The position numbers and the translations under genes were made by a program. Below, one piece after another: positions 1 through 12,771 of a stretch of 64,000 bases of DNA (its first letter is position 1; the number at the start of each line of letters is the position of its first letter). The stretch spans positions 734,001 through 798,000 of the forward strand of contig NW_004797480.1 of assembly GCF_000002075.1 (NCBI RefSeq), read 5' to 3'. Source of the DNA: Aplysia californica (lineage: Eukaryota). A model generated the notes under the pieces. The model had not been told where the DNA came from and searched no databases. It saw only the letters and a program-made list of their open reading frames with translations.

Positions 1-45
1 CCTCTCTCTCTCTCTCTCTCTCTGTGTCTCTCTCTTTCTCTTTCT
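1..45. repeat. (CT)n microsatellite
   Basis: CTCTCT run directly visible. Confidence 0.9.
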
Positions 46-48
46 ATC

Positions 49-550
49 GGGGGCTCTCGTGGCCAAGAGATCAAGGTGTTCGCCTCTCATTCAATAGATC
101 CCGGGTTCAAATCCGGATAGCGACATAATTTTTTTCTCTAAAATTGTCTCCTTTCACCTCCTTTCCTGCTCTCTAACAATGTTCTGTCCTCTGCTTTCGT
201 CTCCACCCTCACCCCCTTTGCCCCCTCCTCTGGGCCCCTGACTCTTTCTGCAGCCTTTCTACTGCTACTCCTTGGCTCCTTCTAACTGCTGTCTTTCAGC
301 CACACCCCTGATCTTCTGGTAGAAAAGATCTACACATGATGCCTTCTTGGACAAGGGCAAAAAATCTCGGAGGTCGCGTGTGCAAGTTGCGCACGTTAAA
401 GATCCATTGGTGGTCCAAAATCGATAAGAGTTGGCTTAGGCCGGCACCCGGGCAAAATTCAAATTTTCCTACCAACTGAAAAAGTTGTGTCCCGCGCGCT
501 CATAACATATGACTTTGTGCAGTTGCGAGCGCCGTAAAACACTTACCGGT
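49..550 (+). mobile_element. tRNA-derived SINE, full-length copy 1 (tRNA-Glu-like head, pyrimidine-rich linker, Meta/MESC-like core, shared 3' tail)
   Basis: Head has A-box-like TGGCCAAGAGA, CTC anticodon position and B-box GGGTTCAAATCC. Core GCACGTTAAAGATCC at ~391; tail GCGAGCGCCGTAAAACACTTA. A colinear second copy lies on the minus strand at 35327-35835. Confidence 0.85.
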
Positions 551-1603
551 ACCCCCAAAAATATATTTCTGTCTCTTTCTCCCCTCCCCTCCCGCCCACA
601 CTCCCTAATCACACCCTCTCCCCTTAGATTGTCTTGTTGGGTAACAAGGACGCAAACAGTTCACCCCCTCCCCTCCTTGTCGATTATATACTCCCCCCCC
701 CCTTATACACCTGTCAGCTAACTGCCCTTGTGTGCTGTGCCTATTTTAGCTGCCCCCGCCCCTCCTCCTTCCCCCATGAAACAACTTTCTGCGCGTTAGT
801 TTGACCTCGCACCCCCGTGACCACCTGGATTGTGTACGTTCTAAAAAGTTCAACTAGTTGGTTGGGTCGCGTTGAGAAGAAGGCTGCCACTAGTGGTACT
901 TGTTGGTAGGTCCAACTACTTCTTTTCATTCCCTCTGTTGTCTCTGTTTATCTTTCTTACTTTTTCTCTACACTAAATGACAGTTGTTCTGTCAATGTCC
1001 ACCTTTCAAACTCAAACAAACAAACACTTTTATGGGCTTGCCTCTGAGTTACATGCTACATGTTCTAGGTATCTTTTGAATCGTTCTGGCATACCCCAGG
1101 CTACCAGTTGCCATCAACCCCCCCTCCCCACGTGTAGTAGTTATGCGTTTTGCTGTCGCACATAGAAGTACAGTGTATAAGATGCGAGTTCGATTCCTGT
1201 GGGAAGATTTTTTTAGTCGAGTATCTTCTTTTGTCTGCTGGGATGTTGTCAGCACAGGTAGTTTTACCAGTGTCATACAGTATACACATTGGTGGCAATA
1301 TTATACCTGTACATGTATTGGATTTATTGAGTGTTTTAATTATAGAACCTTGGCAGGATGTGAAGGGTTAGAAGATACTGTTTTACCTTCTTTGCATTTT
1401 TATTGCTATACTGTGGCTGTTACCATACTGTTTTGGTTAAGGTTAGACTTAATCCCAATGGCAAACTAAGGGACCCAGAAACGTGCCCTTTTCCTCGCTG
1501 GTTTCAGATGGTCCTGAGTGACAAGATCATATATCAATAATAATATATATATACATATTATGTACATTATGTTGTGTATTTTTTTTCTTCATCAGACTGC
1601 AGA

Positions 1604-3106
1604 ATGACAGAAGGCATTGAGGCCTGTCTGCAGGAGCTCCACTCACCCTGTCATTCTGTGACGGCTCACAAGGAGGAGCCTCTGCATTGTCTTCTGACCA
1701 AGTCACCCCTCCACATTGAAAAGTCTCCATGTGGGTTCCCTTCTCTCCTGCAAACGTGGTCGGGGTCGCCCAAATCTACTGCAATGAACTGGCCACAAGC
1801 AGACAAAAGGAAACATGCTCGCTCTGCTCCATATAGTACTTCCCGACCTAGACGAAATAGCCTAAAACAGAATTTGTTCTTGGAAGGTTTCCAAGACTGT
1901 GCGTCAGAAGTTGTACGTTTTCTCAAAGAGGAAGAGCAGATAGATGATTCAAATCCTCTTCTCCACGAGTTGGAGTCTCATCTTCAGCGCGTAAGCCAGG
2001 TTATCTGCCAGGAAAAGATTGAGGACGTGGACAGCGAGTCAGACTCTCTGAACAGCTCTGCCTGCTCAGGCTACTCATCTAGTCCTGGGCGTGCCAGTCC
2101 GGCTTGTTTGCACCACGCGTCAACGTCTCAGCTCAACTCCCCAACTTTTTCTACCTTCACAAGGATATCTGAGCTGGATGCGTCTCTGAGTGAGTGTGAA
2201 GTTACATCGTCATCACAAATGACAGCTCAAGAGATGAATCAGAGCCACTCTCCAATTGCTGAACCTGGGTTGTCTCAAAATTTATCTGTGTCTGACTTAG
2301 TGGACAACTTTGGCGCTCATTTAGCTTCATGCACTGACAACCCAGACAATAATATATCACCCTCATTGTGTGGAAGTAGTGCAGTGCAGGGTTCATGTGT
2401 TCTATCTTTACAACAACTGGCCCTGTCAGTGGTCTCTCAGCAAAAACATTCTGAAACACCTCTAGGTAAGGGGAAACCGGACACTGTTTCAGAATCACTT
2501 TTTTCTCTTGTGCAATATGGGTGTTCTATACACCCTTCAACGACTGTGTCACTTCCCCGCCATCCCCAGACTCTCTGTGGTCTGAATTTGTCCCAATTGT
2601 CCGATCAAAGACTCTCAACTGACTCAACTCTTCCTTCCGGGAGTACACAAATGCCCCAAATGAGCTGGGCACTGAAGAGTTCAAGTACTACCTCACCTTC
2701 CACCCCCACCTTTATGAACAACACAATAGATACACCAAGTACGTCTTTGCAGCACATCAGCTCGATCTTAGAACTGAAACCCAACTTTTTGCCTGGTATA
2801 GGAACCTCATCTCTGGCATCAGGTAATTTTGCAGATATTCTGTTAAGTATAGAGTCATGTCAGCATCACCATGACCCCAAAGTTCGTGCTCTGGCTGATG
2901 AACTTGTCCACCTCATACATAGTACTGGTTCAGATGATGAGGAGGAGGATGATGATGATGTTTCAGATGAGGATGATGATTTACAGGACGAGGACCAGCA
3001 AGATGTGGACTCAGACTCTGGTGTAGAAAATGTTGAGGACAATAGGTCTGATGTGACAGTTCAGAGTATCGATTGGGGAAGCCCAGTGGACATGATAGAA
3101 CAGTGA
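1604..3106 (+). CDS. Hairy-Orange domain protein (~500 aa in a single large exon; no bHLH or WRPW visible in the window)
   Basis: 1.5 kb stop-free ORF after a splice acceptor (ttttcttcatcag, AG 1594-1595). FLEGFQDCASEVVRFLKEEEQIDDSNPLLHELESHL (1877-1984) matches the HEY/HES/cwo Orange pattern. Also KRKHARSAPY (PY-NLS-like), a Ser-rich middle and an acidic D/E tract near the C-terminus. Confidence 0.8.
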   Translation: MTEGIEACLQELHSPCHSVTAHKEEPLHCLLTKSPLHIEKSPCGFPSLLQTWSGSPKSTAMNWPQADKRKHARSAPYSTSRPRRNSLKQNLFLEGFQDCASEVVRFLKEEEQIDDSNPLLHELESHLQRVSQVICQEKIEDVDSESDSLNSSACSGYSSSPGRASPACLHHASTSQLNSPTFSTFTRISELDASLSECEVTSSSQMTAQEMNQSHSPIAEPGLSQNLSVSDLVDNFGAHLASCTDNPDNNISPSLCGSSAVQGSCVLSLQQLALSVVSQQKHSETPLGKGKPDTVSESLFSLVQYGCSIHPSTTVSLPRHPQTLCGLNLSQLSDQRLSTDSTLPSGSTQMPQMSWALKSSSTTSPSTPTFMNNTIDTPSTSLQHISSILELKPNFLPGIGTSSLASGNFADILLSIESCQHHHDPKVRALADELVHLIHSTGSDDEEEDDDDVSDEDDDLQDEDQQDVDSDSGVENVEDNRSDVTVQSIDWGSPVDMIEQ

Positions 3107-3346
3107 TTCAAGTTCAGGCTAGTCATTCATGAAAGAGACTTTGCGAGCATTAGAATATTAGTAGATGTTATAAATTGAATCTGTAAGACAGTTCGACTTT
3201 GCAATGTTCCTTACTTTTTGTCTATGGTGGAAAAATCGTTATCATTAGATTAGATGAATCTCTGATGTCCTTGATTAAGTCTTTAGACTAGAGTTAAAAC
3301 TTTATTTTATCTGGATTATATTTTCCTGCACGATAGTTTATTATTT

Positions 3347-3490
3347 CATCATCATCATCATCTGGTGCATTGTCGACTGGTGTGGGCGATCATGACCTCC
3401 ACTTCTCTCTGTTCTGCAGCTATCTATTGATTGTCCATGAGTATGTTACTAAGCCCTTCTTTAATAGTAACATGTTATTGGGGTAAAGTC
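3347..3490 (-). mobile_element. RTE-clade LINE 3' end fragment in the 3' UTR of the Orange gene
   Basis: Minus strand reads ...QNREKWRS..., followed shortly by a (GAT)n tail, typical of RTE 3' termini. Confidence 0.55.
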
Positions 3491-6400
3491 TGTTACTCAG
3501 AAGAGACTGTTTTGATTTTGACAGTCAATAACTTTTCATGCTTTTGTGACTTTTGACTGGACATAATTCTTGACGCTGACCAATGCACATAAAGGCATGC
3601 ACATAGTCTTTCCTGAGCCATGTGTTCAAATGCAAACATACGTACATCAGTGACAGAGTAGTGGCAATGGAAATGTAGCTTTCACCAATCCTTTAAATTA
3701 TAAGAGAAGATAATAGAATGACTCTTGCAGCTAGAGAAGTAATATGGCCTCTTGTGCTCTGACACACTTTGAGATGATTCTCTCTGTTCTCTAGGCATAC
3801 TGGGTTTCTCATGTCATTGCTGTCACAAGAATCTAAGTAAATTCCTGTATTTGCCTTGCATTGCAGAGTGAGTCAACAACTCATTTTTCATTTACGACAA
3901 CGAGAATAGTGATTTTATACACAGCAAATAACTGCCCTGTAAAATATGTACATTATTTATTTATTTGTAGTAAAATTTTATATTAATCTGATAGCCATAG
4001 TAATTTTGTTGTGGTGTGTCATACTTTGGCAGAGAATAGATTTGAAATCATTGTTTTTCTATCGTTTATTTACAACTTCAATGATGTTGGTTTTGATGAC
4101 ATAAAATTTACCCATTTAAAGAAGACTGATGGTTTATTTTGTCGTGTTGAATGTTAACACTTTTCTTTCATTCCTCAACTTGTTTGAAGTGGCAGGACAG
4201 CATGGAAATTTTTATTTGTGCTGTTACCACAGTTTGTATTATTCTGGACTTATAGTATGGGCCACTTGGGTTTGAATCTTTGTTAGGGGTGTTCCAGAAG
4301 CAAGCTCATGTGAATAGTTTTCAAAGAGCTCTCTGTTTTCATGCTCTATTGAGTTCGAGATGGACTTAATTTCCAAGTTCCAAACTAAGCCAAAAATGTA
4401 GCATTTTAAAGTATGAATTACGTGTCATTAGTGAAAGTTCCTATTGCCGTAAAGTAGGTTGAATGCCCCCATTGACACAATTTAGAAAGAGGCATGCCTG
4501 CATGAGAACAGGAGTGGGGTGATTTGACACTGCCTGTTGGGGCCTGCTCAGGCTGCAGGCATATATAGGCTACTTACATTGCAGCAGAAAGATGACAGTA
4601 TTCTTGTCATAGTTAACCAGAGATGCAAAACTTTCTGTGTGTCTCCATCTGATTGAAGACACATTTAACCCATTATATTTATATCTTTGACAAAGTAAAA
4701 GAATGCTCATATTTGGTTGATCTGAAACCTAAATTTATTTTTCCATTTATTTACCATCTTAATCGACAGTGAAAAAAGAACAAACATGAACAACAAAGCA
4801 ACCATTACCTTGCGTAGTAGTATGTTATTAACATTATTCCATAAATACGAAGTTACTATGCTATAATAAATATATTTATATAACTAAAAGAAAAACTGTT
4901 AAAGCAGTACATTAAAAAATCACATAAAATGAAATGCATTTTGAAACTGGATCTGAACAAGATTGAAACATCATTCACACTCATAAATAACAGCATCATT
5001 CCTAATTCATGAATGCAAAAACTGCCTCCTTGTAAAATGTATCACTACTACTACTACTACTACTACAACTAATTTATAAGAGTTGCTCTATGCTCTTTAA
5101 TTACAGCTAAAATTACCCCAGCAGACCCTACGACACTAAAAAACATTCTTGGCTTTCCGGAAAGCTTACAGTGCAAGTAGCCTTTTAAGCGTTAAAACTA
5201 TCCCTCAAACTACCAAGGCAGATCCTGACGAATTCCAGCAACCTGTGGTATACTGTATGTGGTTTATAAATCAAATTGTGACAGATCTACATGAAACTTG
5301 TCAATCAATAGGCTACATGTATAGATCCATATGCTGTCCCATAAAATTTAACTCATTCTTGTCTGAGAATTATCTTTCTATTATCATCAGATTTCCATAA
5401 TCTTCAGAAACACTGCATTAGAAGACTTGTACCGTACTTTTACTTTTACGCAGGATTAAGTAATTTTAAGGAAGCCAGCTGTTTTCACTCTGCTGCTCGG
5501 GGCTAACTTGCCAGAGTGAGATACAGCTTCAAAGCAGGCAGACAGAGACAGGGCCTACATGTAGATCTACTTAATTAAAGAATTTTTATAAATGGGAAAT
5601 CACTTCTGTGAGCAGATGTGAAGAGAGTGATGACACCACAGCAGTGATGGCATGGGTGGTGGAGTTGATTGCCATATTAAAAAACATACTCTATGGAAGG
5701 TTGAGATTGGAATCTGAGAGTTATAATTATAAATAAATATGTTTTCTCTTCCATTGTGCCAGGGCACTGCTGTTTTTGCATGGATATTGGGGGGAGAAGG
5801 AAAGGAGTCAAGTGATATATATGTTTTCAAATCCATTTATATGTCTACAGATAGGATGGTACCCCAAAACAAGAATGCAATTGAAAAAGCTCAGTAAATT
5901 AAAAATGCTATTGACTACAACCATTGCAAACTTCAATCTAGAGGCAAAAAGATGAGCAGAAAGCGAACATTAAAATAAAAAAAGCAATAAACCAACACAA
6001 TAAAAAGGAATTAGTGGAGACTGAAAACATGTGTGCAAAATAGACTATTTTCACCACTGCAACTGACTGGAGAGGACACAAAGTTCATGCTTTACCATCT
6101 TATAATTACTAGTGAAGTGTAAGGCAGAAAATAAATACCTGATTCACCAACTCTCCTCCATCATTTACTATATTTTACCATAAACTCTCAACTTCTTTGT
6201 ATCAGAAGACCACAGATAAGAACATCAGTGACTGCCGTAGAAATGAAATTATTCAAGCTGCCACAAGTCAAAATTAACTTGGAACAACGCAGAATGAACA
6301 GAGGAATGTTTAGAGATAAAGTTTATGGGAATGAAGTAAAATATTCTAAAATATCAAAGTAATAATAACACACAGAGTTTGTACAAATCCTGACTTGAAT

Positions 6401-6835
6401 CACATTCACAACCGCATATTTATTGTTATTGCTATCTTAACGCATCTCTTGTGTGTGTTGTATTGATCTATACAGTACATTGGAAAAAATCCTGGAACTA
6501 TGGGGGCAGTGTTTACAATACATAGGTAAATATTCATATAACATAACACACCTTAGATACATGTGAACACACGCTCACTCTCACAATCAAAAGGCCTTGA
6601 ACCTTGAAAATCACTGGCCAGATGTCAATATAAAATAAATTTAAAATGCAAAAAAATGGCGGTGACCATGCAACAATAGATTGTAGCCTTCTGCAGCACC
6701 TTTATATTTATAAATCATTAAGGTTACCAATACTTCATTAGTAACGCATAAATATATAAAAGTCTGATGCCTCAATCAATAGAATTGACATAATAGGGAA
6801 AAGTAAGAGGAGGTGGGCTGCTTCAACCCTGTTTG

Positions 6836-6884
6836 CCAGGTGGGCCAGCCCAGGCTGAATGACTGCCTGGGCTGGCCCACCTGG
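6836..6884. other. Perfect 20-bp GC-rich inverted repeat with 9-nt loop
   Basis: CCAGGTGGGCCAGCCCAGGC-tgaatgact-GCCTGGGCTGGCCCACCTGG; 20/20 complementary. Confidence 0.9.
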
Positions 6885-7581
6885 TAGATGAGACACCACA
6901 TGCCAGCAGAGAGACTGAGAGAGAGACTTTCCCCACACAGGAACTGATCTCATGTCTTCTATCATGTGCAGTGGTGAAGAGCCAGACCGATGCACAACAG
7001 GTGGCTGACCAACACTAAACAATGATGTGGTGGAGAAATGTTAGTGGTGTCTATGAAAGAGGACAAAAGGAAAAAAACAAAAGACATCATTGTACAAGGT
7101 AGCAAGATCTCAGACATATAATAAATACAAAGAGTAATATCTGAAATAAACTCAACAGATCGTCCTGAATTTGATAAAAATTCTCCATCCGCCCCCCCCC
7201 CCCCCCCCTCCAAAAAAAAATCCCAACAAAAATAAAAAAACAAAAAGAACCAAAACAACGGCGAATACCCCTAATACAAAAGTAGAGAATCTTTGCTAAT
7301 ACTAAAACATAACAAAATAACCCCCCCCCCCCAAAAAAAAATAAAAAAATAAAAACCAAACAAACCCCAACAACAACCCAGCTCAGTATTTTAATCAAGC
7401 AAACCTTTTAATTTTAAATAAATTCTAAGACACAAAACAAAATCAAATGAAAAATTGTGGTAGTTTCAACGGAGAGACATTGTAGTCTGACATGAGTCTC
7501 ATCTACAGCTTGATACATTTATATTTTATGTGTGTAAACACTGCAAGGTTATTGTAATCTAAAAGATGGCAATTCCAAATA

Positions 7582-8602
7582 CAGTCAAACTTGCCAAGAT
7601 GGCTACCTGTACAAACGGCCACTTTCCATTTAACCCTTGCGTCTTTTCTATTTTAAATTTCACTGTGTAAAATGGCCACCTGTCCAAAGCAGCTAGGGCT
7701 ACCCTATTTAAAATACCGAAAATGAAAAAAGTCCAAAAACCTGTCCAAGTACAGCCATGCAAATCTCTCATTGGCCAACGCTTTGTCATTTATGAATTAT
7801 GTATTGGCTCCTAACACCGTGGACGAGCCGTCATAATCCATTCACCTGTTGTTATTGCTACTCCCTCCAATGTCCAATCATGTCGGGTAGGTCCCACCCA
7901 CTGTTGTTCATCCAAGTTGACCACCCAGTAACAATAAATTTTAAGCTGCTGGCGAGGGAAACGTGTGGTACGTCATAACATACAAGCACCATCCACAACT
8001 CAAACACAAATCATAAGTGAGGTGACCAGTCACTGTTTACCCGGTCTTTAAAAATGAACATGAACTTGAACTCATGAATTTGCGACAGAAGCGTTGCTCA
8101 TTCTCTGAGTAGTGGCGACCCACGTGTTTATTTTAACCTTGTCTTCCTTGTCTGTCGTTTTGTTTTACCCTTGCAGTTACACACAGTCTCCCTCATTTGA
8201 TACACTTTGTGGAATTTAACACTTTTTACAGCAGTCGTGAGATTGTCTCTCTGTTAACCAAAATGTTTCACACATTCAATTCAGATAAATTCAGCTGTTG
8301 ATGATGGCATCAATGTAGAAATGTAATCCAGTGTCCTAAGCCTGCAGCCAACTCCAGTATGGAACTCAGAAGGGAATGTTAAAAAAACAATAACAAAAAC
8401 GTTCCTACCCCCCCAAAAAAATAAAAAAATAAAAAATCCCATTTTATTTTTTAATTAGAATCTAGCCTTATGCCAGTCCTTAGCCTGTAACCACCTCCAG
8501 TTTGGACCTCAAAAGGGAATGGTTTGTTTTCTTCATTTACATCAGTCCTGCCTAAGAAGACAGCCACTTTTGTCCTCAACAATGGTTACTCAGGTTCGAC
8601 TA
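7582..8602. mobile_element. pogo/Tigger-type MITE (CAGTCRAAC termini, TA flanks)
   Basis: TA|CAGTCAAACTTG ... CAGGTTCGACTA|TA. Internal segments recur reverse-complemented at ~31519-32240 and directly at ~19370-19512. Confidence 0.65.
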
Positions 8603-8744
8603 TACTCATCTCTGATAGTAGCGATAGGACTGAGTCAAAAGGGTGGAGGGCACTGAAAACTATTGAAATTAAAGAAAGTCCTGTTCAAGATAAAAACTCT
8701 TTAGTCCAACAAGAAACCAAGGCAATGATGCACTCATTTCAATT

Positions 8745-8775
<31 letters not shown>

Positions 8776-10862
8776 TGATAATAAAGAGTTAGTGACTGGA
8801 GTACACTGTAACAATAATGACTATATAAGTTAAGGACATGGTGAATACTTGAGGACATAATAAATATATAGAAAGATTTAAGGAAAGATGGACAAAAGAA
8901 GTATACTAGCTGCACCCTTCAGCTACCCAGGAATAATAAAGACTCTGCAAGATAAACCATTTGCAAGTGTGTAAACCACATGAGTTAGTGTGAAAACAGC
9001 ACCTCTTCACAATTCAATATATCAACAAATTGCACTTAAAAGTTCAGGGTTCAAAGTTTACTATTTTGACATTTTTCTCAGCAAATAAACCCTCAATATG
9101 TGGAGAGCGTCTGCTTTGATTGCTGAACAACAAAATAGTGGTTCAATGAATGAGTGACAAAAACTGGAGAGTGCTGCTGCTGGAACTTTACTGTGAATTT
9201 ACGGAGGGTAGACACTATTGGCAACTGGCAGAGAAAAAAATTGAAAACATTTTTGTTTTGCAACTACCATATTATTCTGTCAAAGATCCCTGACAAGGCG
9301 ATAGGTTGAAAAAACAACTGAAGACAAAAGTTTGGAAACCCTCTTGTAATGTAGAAGTAGAAGTTAAAAAAGATACACATACTTCTTAGATCATCCAAAG
9401 CTTTGTGCATAGTCAGGTTCTGAGATATAATGGTTACACCATTGTGTAAACTTATTTTCAAAATAAAAAAAGGTATTTTGAGTACTTTCAAAACAGAGAA
9501 GTAATATCAAAACCAGACAGGAAACTGAGGATTACCGAAATGTGTTTGTAGTGAAACAATTTCTCTTTTATAAAGACACACAGATTTTTCTTTCTAGCCG
9601 GAAGACAGATAGATAGTGAAAAAAACCACACAAAAATACTAATGTACTAAGCTATCATTTACCTGTCCAAGTTCATTTCAACTTGCACACAGGTTTTCTT
9701 TTGCCTCAAGAATGTATTGCAAATATATATTATATTATGAACTAAGACAAAGTTACAAATTTCAGATGCATAGGAAACCCCTTATTTGCATGTTACAAAG
9801 AATATTCTTCTTGATTAAAAATGAGCAATACAAGGAACCCGAATGATGAAAAATATGGAAAGAAACAAAAATCATTTCATTCCTTTGATAGAAAACAGAC
9901 AGTGAATCACAATCAAAACTTACCACAAATCATAAAATGGTAATAAGGATCATTATTGGTAAGACATTTTGCTAGAATGCAAACACTGGCTAAAAATCAA
10001 AACTTAAATTTAAAGTATAAGAAAGGGAATGTTTAGAACTGTTTGAACACAAGATAATCGAAAAACACATACAGATATAGAAAAGCTGCAGTGAACAAGG
10101 CCATAAACAGAAATGGAATCCGATAAAAACCAAGAAAAAAATTGTTGACAGAAATTTTTGCAGCTGTGCAGTGACAGTAACAACTACAGGTATGAGTAAG
10201 CTGAGTGTCCCCATCAAACATTCGCTGGAAGGAAAGCACATAATTTCAAGACTAGATTACATTACTGAAAAGATACACAAACTTTTTGCTAACACATGAA
10301 AGGAACACCAATTACACTATGCATAACACACTATGTGAAGCTTTAAACCCAACACAGTGGCTTCGGCCTACTCATTTGACACAGAAGGATTAAAGGCATC
10401 TTATAGACCCCATCACAAACAATGCTGTACACAAAACAAGTGGAGTCAGTCTGTCAGACTATGGTACTGAAAAGATCATAAATATTAGATATCCAGTATC
10501 TTGAAAAGATGTTTTAGCTGCTTCGAGAACAAAACAGACGACAACTTGGACTTGAAAAGCATCTTCTGAAGCCAAGACTTTATGGGGAGTCCCACATGCA
10601 GGTCAATAAAATTACTCTAAAATGACAGATTTATGGAGAATTTAGAGAAGACAATGGCAAGTCAAGTATTGTAATGATTTTGGAAATCATAAAATAGTGA
10701 CAACATTCAATTGCTAAATTAAAAAAATTCAAAACAAAAAAGACAAGTCTGTGAAAACATTCCAGTGAACACAATAATGACGAGGAAGCTAAAACACTTA
10801 CAAAGACAACAGCTGAAGCGTAAAAAAACCAGCTCAGTAAAACTGCATTGCTTAGGTAATTA

Positions 10863-11630
10863 CAGTGTATAAGACAGAATCGCAAGGGAGCCACAAAAAA
10901 TTCCGTATTTAACAGGGGAATTTAGTGGGGAGGTGGAAGGGGGGGGGGGGTTTAAAGGCCTAGCCGGTGGGATCAAGGGTCGCTTGTCTGGTCTGCAAGC
11001 AGTCACAAGTGGTCTGCTATCCTCTCTGATAATTACATGCGCTAGTCTTATTTATCCAGTTACCATTATCACCAGTGCTTGCATTTCATAGGACCACTGT
11101 TCGACCAATCAAAAACAAACGTTTGAACATCTCCTTTGCTTCTACCCTTACCCCCATCCATCAGTGTAATAAGCACAGTCAACCAATGCCACACCTCACT
11201 GCCATGTAACAACGATTCAAGGAACTCTTTTCTCGACTAGCCGTACGATCAGGACGGCAGGCATAGGTCAAACTAATTTCACACCTCTGGCTACAAATGA
11301 AAATTTCCATGCTGGATGGAGAGTCATTCAAGCACTTTCACTAGCACTCATGAGATTTCACATCCACAACACCCTGACCATCTTCATCACTCAAGGCTCA
11401 TATAGATGGGGTAACATCTATCCTCAAATAGCACTCCTACTCCCCTTCCTCGTCTGGCAGCATAGCGTTAAGTTTAGAGCCGGCGGAACCAAACTTGTGA
11501 GTTTTGTTCCAAATCAAGGCTGAGCGGGCAAAGCATTTCCAGTCTTAGACAGTTCCCGTTTTATACAGGTAATTAAAGAGGACTATGTCAAGGGGGGAGC
11601 GGGTAGATTCCGTTAAGACAGGTTCGACAG
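10863..11630. mobile_element. degenerate pogo/Tigger-type MITE
   Basis: Right end TAAGACAGGTTCGACAG|TA with repeated AGACAG/ATACAG subterminal motifs. Left end TA|CAGTGTATAAGACAG is degenerate. Confidence 0.45.
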
Positions 11631-12771
11631 TACACCATTCATGAACAAATACATGCATGCATTTCTACATTTATTGCATGAAGGAAGACTTTGAACTTTT
11701 GAGTTTGTCGACTTAAAGAAAAACACATTGACATGACTGGTTATTTAAAAGAGCTGGGACACATCAAATAACATTTGTACACAATGCAAACAGAGAGGGA
11801 TGAAGAAGAATTTGCAAGAGGCACCTTCAATTCTTCGTCTTCAAAAGAATGCAAGGTTAAAGACTACCTTCAACATTATTGAACACTAAATAAAAAATAT
11901 GAAAGAAATTCTAAGATGTAAAAAGAAAAAAAGAAAAAAGGAAGTGCAAAATTAAAGTAACAACATCTTGTAAAAAACAAGTAGGCAAATTTGTGCACTG
12001 TTTGCACTTGCAACAAAACTGTTCCAGTTTGTTCAACAACTAGGCCCTATATGATAAATAAGCTCTAAATAAATGTGAAATGTACGAAAGAATTCTCAAC
12101 ATCTAGTCCAACAGGAGAGGCAAATTCGTGTCCAGTAATATTATTAGACCTTTACATTCTTTTAGTCTCCATCGAAAAGGAGAAGACTGACAGGAGGGGT
12201 GAACATAAAATCAAAACTTTTATGAATCATAAAAGTAGATGAAAATATGACAATAACAACTGTTTTTGACATATATATAATTATAATGCTGGTGATTCAT
12301 CAAGGCACTCACTTTCGTACTTTTGAGTTTGAGCAAAACATCACTTGCTGGAAATTGAACGTCCTCTGACAAAAAGTACTTCATTCCACAGGCATGCAAT
12401 TTACTTTTTTCTGTGCATTTATCACATCTGGGCATTACAACATAATGAAGGATTAAGTTTATTTTTAGATACCTATAGGATCTATATATATGTATGTAGT
12501 TTCAGGTGTAAAGGGAAATGAATTTGAATTTGAAATGTAGGTTTGTTATTACGATAATTCAAGAAGAGGCTAAATAGTCCTGAAATGCTTTGTCAACATT
12601 AAATGTTCTTTAAATAGTAGCTTAGTGAAAAAAAAATCAAGACACAATAATACCCCATTCTAATATTGTTTTTTGAATTCAAAGAATAAAACACATGTCT
12701 CTGTTATCATTTTGTCATGTCAATCGTAATTTTAAAAAGAACACCTGTCTATATTTCTGACAATATATATT

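Noticed and set aside
49-125. tRNA-Glu gene
   Set aside because: The cloverleaf is degenerate and continues into a ~500-bp repeat present twice in the window, so it is a SINE head.
1666-2498. Antisense ORFs overlapping the Orange gene
   Set aside because: Short shadow ORFs of a coding exon with no domain features.
6836-6884. Iron-responsive element, SECIS or histone stem-loop
   Set aside because: The loop is not CAGUGH on either strand, there is no bulged C, no GA quartet with apical AA, and it is not the histone consensus.
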